A model generated the notes under the pieces. That model was not told the DNA's origin, searched no databases, and saw only the letters and a list, made by a program, of their open reading frames with translations. DNA of 63,748 nucleotides, filler included, from Reticulomyxa filosa (lineage: Eukaryota > Protista > Foraminifera): NCBI GenBank assembly GCA_000512085.1. It is 13 parts of 13 records of this genome, joined end to end, with 100 filler letters (N's around TTAATTAATTAA, not from the genome) between each part and the next. Parts side by side here need not be neighbours in the genome. Positions count along the whole stretch, not along the records: positions 53,419 to 54,810 come from ASPP01027511.1; positions 54,911 to 57,922 come from ASPP01043162.1; positions 58,023 to 61,424 come from ASPP01023475.1; positions 61,525 to 62,623 come from ASPP01045944.1; positions 62,724 to 63,748 come from ASPP01020258.1; 8 more parts are not named here. One strand, given 5' to 3'. Positions within the stretch are counted from its first letter, which is position 1; the number at the start of each line of letters is the position of its first letter. Below are positions 54,104 to 63,748 of this stretch, piece after piece. The translations under genes were made by a program, and so were the position numbers.

Positions 54104-54810
54104 TTACAAATTTTCCAATTTTGACATGACTTTTTCTGTATCTTGATGATCTTTACCAAATTTCTGAGTATAAATCGATAATGCATTTTCATAACACTTC
54201 TTTGCCTCTATTTTGTCACCTTTTTTATAATTGATATCCCCTAAAATATTATATGTATTACCAACATTTGGATGATTAGAATCCAACTTATTCAGTTTCA
54301 AATTCAATGCTTTCTTTCCAAATTCCATTGCTTCGTCATATTCTTTTTTATTATAATAAGTATATGATAAATTATTGTATAAAGTAGCAATACTGGGATG
54401 ATCAGATCCTAAATAATTTTTAAACTTTTTTCATAATATTTAATTGCTTTGTCGTATTCTCCTTTGCTATTACAAGCAAGTCCCAAATTGTTGTATGTAG
54501 AAGCAACATCAGAATGACCAGGTCCCAATTTATTCAATAGAATTTTTAATAATTTTTCATGATATTCAATTGCTTCGTCATATTCTCCTTTGCTTTTATA
54601 AACATTTCCCAAATCGTCGTATAAATTAGCAACATCAGGATGATCAGGTCCCAATTTATTCACTCTAATTTTTAAACTTGTTTCATAATATTTAATTGCT
54701 TTGTTGTATTCTCTTTTGCTTTTATAAACAGATCCCAAATTTTCGTATGTAGTAGCGACATCAGGGTGATCAGGTCCCAATTTATTCAATCTAATTTTTA
54801 ATGATTTTTC
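54104..54810 (-). pseudogene. 3' end of a 42-aa TPR-repeat gene with a frameshifting deletion at ~54413
   Basis: Tandem 126-nt units (NKLGPDHPDVATTYENLGSVYKSKREYNKAIKYYETSLKIR). At ~54413 only 2 of the 12 nt expected between KI and LG remain, and the repeat resumes in another frame (LGSDHPSIATLYNNL). Confidence 0.8.
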
Positions 54811-55029
54811 NNNNNNNNNNNNNNNNNNNNNNNNNNNNNNNNNNNNNNNNNNNNTTAATTAATTAANNNNNNNNNNNNNNNNNNNNNNNNNNNNNNNNNN
54901 NNNNNNNNNNCAAAATATGCAAACACATTTCTCGATTTATTTTTAATTCATTTCCTTCTTTAAACCTATTCAACATTTTTTTTTTTTTTACTTTACAGTA
55001 ATGATATTTTATACGTATTTAACTCATTT

Positions 55030-55900
55030 AAATTCGATGTTGCACAAATTTCTCTTAATTTCACGAGTGTATCAACAAAAATTCGATTGCAATTTCTCCA
55101 TGTTTGTGATATTGTTGTTTTTTCAAGCTGATTGCTAACTTCTTTGAATAATTGCATCAAATGTTGTTGTTGTCGTAAATTTGTGCTATATTAAGATATT
55201 GAAGCAATATTTGATGTTTTTATATATTAAAAAAAAGAAAAAAAATTTGTTGTTACGTATTTTCAGTTAGCCACGTTAAAACACTTTTTGTTTTTTCAAC
55301 ATCTTGCTTAAACGCTTTCCATACATCTGAAATGATCTCTTCATCTATCTTAGGGAACGTTTGTTGAAGTTGTACCAGCATGATAATGATGAAGTTAATT
55401 TCAAAGCAATCCTTTTTTTAATTTTAAAGATTCAAAAACTTGATTTAAATTATTAAGCGAATTTCATTGTAAATTTGTAATCTTATGAATTTTTGATTTT
55501 ACTTGAAATAATCCAAATCTATTGCAATGATTTCTTAAGTGAAAAAATGAATTAATTTATTTAAGCAACAAGAATCGAGGAAAAACAAATTGAATGAAAA
55601 TAAAAGGAATTAGAAATAGTGTAAGAAAAGTATTGCCATAAGTTTATGAATATTGTTAAATTTTTATCATTTGATATTATCACTTCATGAAATAGTATTT
55701 GCAATGAATTGCTTCTTGTTATCTTTGTAAATGTTATGCAATAATACATCTTTACCATTCATTTGTAATATTTTTGATATATTCATCACTTCATCTTTTG
55801 CATATTGTATTCCTTGGTCCAAAGTAATTAAATATGGATTTAATGATTCTTTTGAGTATTCTATTATCAAAATTGCTTAAATGATTGGAAAGAGTTGAGT
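55030..55900 (-). pseudogene. Degraded CUE-like-domain gene-family member
   Basis: MLVQLQQTFPKIDEEIISDVWKAFKQDVEKTKSVLTWL (~55270-55381) has the CUE FP...I...L pattern; surrounding frames are broken. Confidence 0.55.
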
Positions 55901-58091
55901 CTATGTGTAGTTGAAATCTAATTTTATTATTTAAAAGAGATTGAGCTGCACAATTGATAATAATAAACAAAGGATCACTTGATGAATATCAGAAGAAAAA
56001 CAAGAACACAAAAATCAATCAAATTGAGATTCAAAACTAATGCAGTTATAAAAAAAAAGAAAGATTATTTGAACAAGTTATGTCAATTAATCAAGTTATT
56101 TCATTGATTAATTTGTGTTATCATTTAATCAAAAGTTTAATTTGTGTTGATCCTGTTTTTCAATTTAATTGCATTAAAATGTGAATTTTTTTTAATGATA
56201 TTTGCTTTTTTATAAAAAGAAATAATACTTTTGATAAGATAATACAATCTATTTTATCTAATTTTATTCAAAATTCGAATTTGTATTATTTTTATTAAAA
56301 TATAAGTATAATTTATGGTTCATACAATTATTCTATAAAAAGAAGTCCAAAATAAAATTAAATTTATCAATAATTCAAAAATTAATTTCAGATTTAGTAT
56401 TTTATAAAAAAGTAAAATGACAAATACATGACATAAAGAGAATTTTCAATTTACAATCAATCCTAAAAAAAGGGATAGAGTTTTATTATGCACATTCATA
56501 TTTATTGTTCTATTTTTGACAGAATATGGAATTCCTTTTTTTTAAGTATTTTAAACTACATAACAGAATGACGAATTAATATCATAAAAAGATTCCACTC
56601 CAATCTATAAAATTATTTGCAAGATTAAAATTTACTCTTTTGAGTATAAATAATTTGTAGTTTTTATTTTTTAAAAAAATCAATAAGTTTTATATTTTAA
56701 TCATGTTAAAAAAATTGAACAACTGTTTTCAAAGTTTTGTTGAAAATCTTTTTTAAAAAATTGTGATGTACGTGCGTACTCAGTTTTGGAACACGTTCTT
56801 TTTAAAAAAATTTTTATCTTAATTGAAAAAAAAAATCACATATACTATTAAAATTCATTTTTCATATTGCCCAAAATATTTTTGAAAACCTCTTTCATTG
56901 CCCGGAAAAAAGTTCAATATCTTCCATTTTACATTATCAAACGTGGTCTTAGAAAAAAAACAAAATGACAACTCTTAGCAATAAGAAGCGAACTTCAAAC
57001 AACTAGCGTTGATTGTTGTATTGAATTAGTTATTCTTTTAGCACTTTTTTAGGAGATGTAAAGGAAAAAAAAAGTGTTAAAAATTGAATATATCACGTAA
57101 ATTACGAATTACATTCCATTGTAAGTATATGTCACATGCTCAATAGTTCTAAAAATTATAAAATGCATTCCATAAATTGCAAAAGCTATTGTATTCAACA
57201 AAAAAATTATAGTAAACTACAACATAGACTTTATTACTGAATTAGCACTACTAACAAATTGCAAATAAAATTTAAAACAAACGATTCAAGCAAAAATATT
57301 TTAAAAGACTATTTTCTTTCTTCTATATCAAATTGTCCACTATTACGTCGCAATTGCACAACATTATCGATATCGACCCGCAATTCCGGTATTACATTTG
57401 CGTCGAGTTCCGCGTCCCTGTGGAAGTTTCCTTGATTCTGCACTATTCACATTCAAAGACTTTACAAAGTTTTTTTTGTTGGCACTTTTCAAAAGGCTGT
57501 TGTTTTTTTTTTTGAAACAGTTGATGGATTGTAATGCGCAGAAACATCAACACAATAAAGACAAGAAGAATGAAAAGGAAGAAAAAGAAACAAAAAACAA
57601 GTAGTGATGATGACTGATGTTTGAAAAAAAAAGCAATAAAAAAGCAAATGAATACAAGAATTGTATTTCTATTACCAGTGTTGTTAATGTTGTTTTAACT
57701 TTTTTGAAAAAAAATAAAATATAATCCATAAAAACAACAAATTCAAGGTTGAATTGATGTCTTTTTGTTTTTTGTAAGGAGGCGAACTTATTTACTTATT
57801 ATTCAACGAATTAAATAAAATTGATAAAAATAACTTTAATTACGGGTTATGTAATCATCTAAAGAAATATCAATCCACAGCTTGTGAATCAAATTTCTTT
57901 ACAATAAAGCAATTAAACTATTNNNNNNNNNNNNNNNNNNNNNNNNNNNNNNNNNNNNNNNNNNNNTTAATTAATTAANNNNNNNNNNNNNNNNNNNNNN
58001 NNNNNNNNNNNNNNNNNNNNNNAAAAGTAGAATCCACAAAATATCAGCATGTACAAATTATCCCCTCCTTGTCCAACCAAATATACTTTTT

Positions 58092-59122
58092 AACTTGATC
58101 TTTGAATCCTCTTGAAAGCATTTCGTCAGCTTCATCTAACACAAACAGTTTTAATTTGTCCAAACGCAATGCACCACGTTCAATCATGTCGTTCACACGT
58201 CCAGGGGTTCCTACCACAATTTGAACTCCTTGTTTCAACATGTCAATGTCTTCTCGAACTGCAGTGCCTCCTACGCATGCGTGCGTTGTTATCTTCAAAT
58301 ATTTGCCCAAATCACTCATTACCTTTTTTTTTTTTTTTTTGTGTGTGCGTTAATGTGTTCTCTGATAACAATTTTAAAAGTTAAGAAGAAGATAAAACAG
58401 AAAATAAAAATTATAAAAAAAAGCGCACCCTAAAAAAAAGTTTTTTTTCCCTTTTTCACCGCAAAAGCGCATGTTAAAATTTCCTCCCCTCCCCCCCCTT
58501 TCTCTCGCATCTCTTAGTGTTGGGTATGATTTGCTTTTAAAAAATTATAAAGGATGCTCCTTTCCCCTTCTTCACTCTTCTTTTGTACCCTAAACTTTGT
58601 GGATTTGTTGGGCCAATTCTCGTGTTGGGGCCAAAATTAACACTTGGCAACTTGGTTCATCAACATTCAACAATTGCAGTGCCGCGATACAAAATGTCGC
58701 AGTTTTACCAGTTCCACTTTGCGCTTGGGCGATCGTGTCATGTCCTTGGATGATTGGCATAATACCTCTTTGTTGAATTCCGGACGGTTTTTCGAAACCA
58801 ATACCGTAAATACCTCGTAATAAACTCTCATGCAAATTCATATCATCAAATGACTTTCAAAGTTTCCCCCCCAATGCCCGTTTCACACACATATCATTTT
58901 ACAATTGGATTTAGCCCTCCAATCTTCAAAAACACTTATTGCATCTCGGAAATTATAAAAAAAAAAAAGGTCGCACTGAACATCAACAATCTTTTCCCAA
59001 TTGGTTTTGAATTCTCTGTCTTCTTTCAAATTCTCGTCATTGGCGTTTGAATCTTTTGTCACACTGAAATCTTCTTCTTCTTCAGTGGTTGGTTTGGCAC
59101 GTTCTTCTGTTTTTTGCGCCAT
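58092..59122 (-). CDS. EIF4A: Translation initiation factor eIF4A (DEAD-box), 3'-truncated, at least 3 exons
   Basis: [69 protein letters not shown]. Confidence 0.95.
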
Positions 59123-60330
59123 AATATCAAATATGAGTACTTTTTTTTTCTGTTTAACTCCTTTGACAGACAACACCCCAGAAATTATGCAGCAAAATCA
59201 ATCGGTTATTTGGAGAGTTGAATTATTTTTAAATGTCTCCGTTGCAAAGTTTTGCGCTAATCATGTAAAGTCAGTATGGTACATTGCAAAGCTTGCTTCG
59301 TTCAAGGAAATATAGGTGTACTATGTCTCTTGTAGATGGTAAACCCACCCACAAAATTAAGTTTGCAGATACTTAAACAAAAAAAGCATCAACATAATTT
59401 GAATTTTTTTACAGAGGTATCAAACTTATTATAAGTTTTGTTATATTATATTCAAGTTTTTTTTGTCTTCTTTTTTAAGAAAAACTTTTTTTATAACAAC
59501 TATAAAGAAATTGATCTTTTAAGTTATTAAGTTCAAAGATTTTTTTTTATGGAAAATTGATCATCTTCATAAGGTGGCACTTTAAGTGTTCAGTTTTTTC
59601 TACAACATAATGTAGTATACTTAAATGTCGTAATTGTTAAGCCATGTATTTGTGATATAATCACATCTTTACTTGAACAAGATCAAGCAAAATCTATAAA
59701 AATTGATAAATCACATCAAATACCAAAAACTATTGTTTTCTAATGTAAATTTAGCGTGTTTGTGCCAAGTTTTAAGCATTTTTTTCATATCATGCTCGAA
59801 CGATCTTTATTTTTCTAAAATTTAGAAAAAAACATTAAAAATTTTTTCATGTTTTTCTACACTTTTATTAAAATCAAATATACTTTTGGAATCACCAGAT
59901 GTCTAGAAATCATTTTTAAAAAATGCTAATTTTTTAAATCAAATACGATGATTGTAGGGGTTCACTTTAGTATATCTTTTTTTATTGATGATTTTAAATT
60001 TGGGAGATGCTTTTTAAAACAGAATAACCACTTCGCAAATGTTGAGTATTTTTGGATTTTGTTTAGAATTTGAACAGTTTAACATCGTATTTATGAATCG
60101 ACAAACAAAACAAAAAAAGGTGAAATGTAAAGTTAAAATTGTAGTATAAAAAAGGGAGTAACGAAACAAGAAAGTAAAAGCAAAAAGATAGATTGTATAC
60201 TAAAAACTATTCAAAAAATAACCAAAAAAAATAGGAGATAGCATTTTATGTTTATTTTTCTTTTTTGAACATATTGGACGAAAAATACATTCACAATATT
60301 ACCACCAATAGCTGTATTTGTATGCAGCTT

Positions 60331-61400
60331 TTACAATGACCCCCACAGTATGACAGTTCCATCTTTCGAAGAAGATACGATCGTATTACCGTCTGGAGAA
60401 ATATCACATCCTGTTATATCATCAGAATGTTCGTCCAGCGTTTGTTTTTCCTGTTTAAGTTGCCAATCCCATACATGAATTGTTTTATCCCATGAACATG
60501 TAATGACAGTCTGCTCCTCTGGAAAGTTTGGAAAGAATATGAAATCGCTTATTGTTTTTAAAGATTCTAATTTTTTCACTTGTAGTTCTGACGTTACATC
60601 CCATAGTCGAATAGTCCCATCCGCTGCACACGAAACAATTAGACTATCTGACAAAAACATTGCTCTGAATACACTACCAAAATGTCCGTTTAATGTCTTT
60701 ACTCTTTCGCCTGATCTTACATCCCAAATTCTAATTGTTTCATCACGTGATGCTGACACAATGTATTGACCATCAGGTGAAAAATTTACATCATTTATCC
60801 AATGTAAGTGTTCCTCCATTTTTTTAATCTCTTGTCCAGATTTTACATCCCATATTCGAACTGTTGCATCCCATGATCCAGATGCAATACTTTTTTCATC
60901 TGGAGAGAATCGCACACTTGTTACAACGTTGACATGGCCTTCGAATAGTCTAATCCCTATCAATGAGTCCAAATGCCATAATCCAATTTTATTGTCATCT
61001 GAGCACGATATCATTGTTTTGCCATCTGCAGAAAATTGTACAGCATTAACACGAGCTTCATGTCCTTTCAGCACTCCGACTTCTTTTTCCGATTGTGCGT
61101 CCCATATTCGAATTGTTTCATCTTTGGAGGATATTGCAATCTTGGTGCCATCCGGAGAGAATTTTACGTTGGTCACATCTCCAAAATGTTTTTGAAAAGT
61201 TTTTAAGGGTTTAAGATATTTCATCTATATAAGATGAATTAATCTTTTGAAATATGTTACTTCAAAAAAAAAAAACTCACAAACAAGCAAACAAATATAA
61301 TATACCAGAAGATAGCGTAAAATAATGGTATTAAAATCTTTAACCCATCCAAAATTGACCAATGATGAGCGTACCCAATGTTCGGTTATCATTGCAATTT
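60331..61400 (-). CDS. Seven-bladed WD40-repeat protein, 5'-truncated
   Basis: Seven GH...FSPDG...SxDxTxRxWD repeats in 60331-61224, plus an upstream exon EHWVRSSLVNFGWVKDFNTIILRY. Confidence 0.93.
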
Positions 61401-61524
61401 TTTTTGTTTTCTTTTTTTTTTTTTNNNNNNNNNNNNNNNNNNNNNNNNNNNNNNNNNNNNNNNNNNNNTTAATTAATTAANNNNNNNNNNNNNNNNNNNN
61501 NNNNNNNNNNNNNNNNNNNNNNNN

Positions 61525-62433
61525 AGCACAAAATATTCGTCATATTATTGATAAAGATGAAGATATTGGTAAACATTTTGATTCAATTATGCGTGATACG
61601 TTATTACCATTATTCAAAGATCTTGGATGGGAAGGACCTAAAGATGAAGACGCCGATATCGAATCTTTATTACGACCATTAGCATTGAGTTCGATTGCAA
61701 AATATGGATATCAACCTGTTATTAATGAAGCATTAAATCGATTTCGAACATTTATGAATTTGAGGTAAACTTAACTTGTTCTTTTCAATTTATTAAATTA
61801 TATCAATATCAAGATGATGTTTGTTGTATGCTTGTTGTGTGTGTTTGTAAAATTAGCAACGAAGAGAAACAAAGTGGTGATAACAAGTCCAATATTCCAT
61901 CGTCTTTACGAAGTGTTGTATACGCTATCGCAGTAAAAAATGGAGGAAAAGATGAATTTTACGCTCTAAAAAAATATTATTTAACAGTTCAAGACTCAAC
62001 AGAAAAACAATGGGCGTTAAGATCATTAGGTGCTGTCAAAGATCCTGAATTGATTCAATCTTTGCTTGAATGGTTAAAAGAATCTGATGATGTTAGAATT
62101 CAAGACAAGGTGTTCCCATTTCGTGTTGTTGCAAATAGCCAAATTGGTAGAGAAATTTCATGGAATTATTTACAAAAAACGTTTGAACAATGGTACAAAA
62201 TATTTGAAGGTGGATTTTTGGTTCAACATTTAGCCAAAATTCCTTCAGAGTTTATTTCATTTCAAAAAGCTGCTGAAGTTGAAAAATTTTACAGTACTTT
62301 AGATTTTCCTGCTTGTAAGCGATCAATGGACCAGTGCGTAGAGAACATAAAAAAGAACGCAAAATGGAGAGAGCAGGAAATTGGAACAATTGAAAAATGG
62401 GTTAATGCCCAAATAAAATTTATGGCATCGTGA
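61525..62433 (+). CDS. M1-family (puromycin-sensitive-like) aminopeptidase, C-terminal ERAP1_C-type domain, 5'-truncated
   Basis: LGWEGPKDE..LLRP, IPSSLRSVVY, ALRSLG, DVRIQD, GREISWNYL, RSMDQCVENIKKNAKW. Confidence 0.85.
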
Positions 62434-62723
62434 TCATAAAAAAACTAATTATTTGTCAAAAAATCAAAGCATTTTTTTAAATTTTGTGTTTCCTTTCTTG
62501 AAATAAGACGTTCGAAATTAACCAAAAATTTGTCATTTTATGCAAAATATTGTGGTTTATACTTTGTGATATTTTTGCTAACTATGTCAAAAAAATTTCA
62601 AAATTTGCAAAATACCAAAAAATNNNNNNNNNNNNNNNNNNNNNNNNNNNNNNNNNNNNNNNNNNNNTTAATTAATTAANNNNNNNNNNNNNNNNNNNNN
62701 NNNNNNNNNNNNNNNNNNNNNNN

Positions 62724-63748
62724 TTATTATTATTATTATTATTATTATTATTGTTATTGCTATTATTATTGTTATTGTTGTTATTATTGCTAACAGTTGG
62801 ACTTGTAACTCTACGTCTTCTGCTAACAACAATTTTGCCATTGCTTTTGTTGTACACATGCCTTGTAAAACTGGGTGGCGAGTGAACGTTGTCGGTATCG
62901 GTGGTAGGAGTGTGATGAGAATACTGATCGAAGGCCATTTGGGAAGGGAAGCTCACCTGCGGCGGCGACGTATCCTTGGTACTAATCGCATTGAGTTGGC
63001 GAGCGGGAGGGGTAGAAAGTTCCGTGTTTTGAGCTGCTTTTGAAGAAAAAGAATCTAGAAGAGGAAGAGGAGGAGGAGGTGGAGGAGGTGCAGGCCGAGT
63101 TTTCCGTGTGGATCGCGAAGGAGGAGGAGGAAGAGGAAGAGGTAAAGGAGGTCCACCACCACCACCACCAGCAGCAGCAGCATGAGAAGGATGTGAAGAA
63201 TAGGGTGATGGTGAAGAAGACTTGGGAAGCATTTGAGGAGAGTAGTAGCCACTCTCTTGCAACTTACGATGTCTTTGAATGATCTTGCGATCGTTGTCCG
63301 TGTCGGTGTGCACATGATTTCCATCGGTGCAATCGGCACTGAATACACTCAAGTTTTCAGGACAATGTTCTTCTTTTTCATTATCATCATCATCATCATC
63401 ATTATCATCCTCATCATCATCCTCATCATCCTCATCATCATCATTATCATTTTTATTTGTATGATGATCACCATCACTGCAAGCATTGTATTCGCTTTTC
63501 GGAGAATATCTGCGTTCTTTCTTCAACTCGAGTCTATTCATCTTTTCTTCATTGACATTGACATTGACATGGACAGGTAGAGTAGGATCATATTCTCTAT
63601 CTTTGTGCTTAGTACTTCTTTTCTTGATATTGTTATATTCACTTTTATCTTTGATTCGGACTTTATGTTTGTTCTTCTGTTTCAATTTAATCTTATCTCT
63701 ATCTCTATCTCTATCTCTATCTTCATCTTTGCTCTTCTTGTTCTTCTT
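62724..63748 (-). CDS. Fragment of a low-complexity protein (poly-Asp, poly-Pro, poly-Asn)
   Basis: Open frame of more than 300 codons with PPPPPPPPLP tracts. No folded domain recognised. Confidence 0.5.

Noticed and set aside
57310-57730. GC-richer coding-like patch on the minus strand
   Set aside because: No consistent frame or recognisable motif; cannot support a call.

Overview
AT-rich eukaryotic DNA with spliceosomal GT-AG introns. It is not one locus: 13 short contigs are joined by 12 identical artificial 100-nt linkers (N-run + TTAATTAATTAA + N-run), so synteny holds only within a contig. The expanded and decaying TPR, WD40, ankyrin, CUE and 7TM families, poly-Asn tracts and microsatellite-rich introns resemble a rhizarian/foraminiferan genome such as Reticulomyxa filosa (inference, not verified). 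Recognisable genes: a PHD-finger protein, a trypsin-family protease, Prp43/DHX15, an EF-hand protein, a YbaK-family deacylase, RPS2, a CDPK, Mps1, an SDR, CCDC39, an ankyrin protein with a CaaX micro-exon, mL53, NOP2, an alpha/beta hydrolase, phosphoglycerate dehydrogenase, a PSTAIRE CDK, eIF4A, a WD40 protein and an M1 aminopeptidase, plus several pseudogenes. The main finding is a two-exon gene at 1044-2782. It appears to fuse an NAA80-like actin N-terminal acetyltransferase to an ACTMAP-like actin maturation cysteine protease, putting two consecutive steps of actin N-terminal processing in one polypeptide. Secondary findings are a compact multi-hairpin ncRNA candidate near 10.8 kb, a decayed PB1-like/caspase-like/TPR gene and a frameshifted motile-cilium ruler gene. 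All family calls come from motif recognition by eye; no searches were run.
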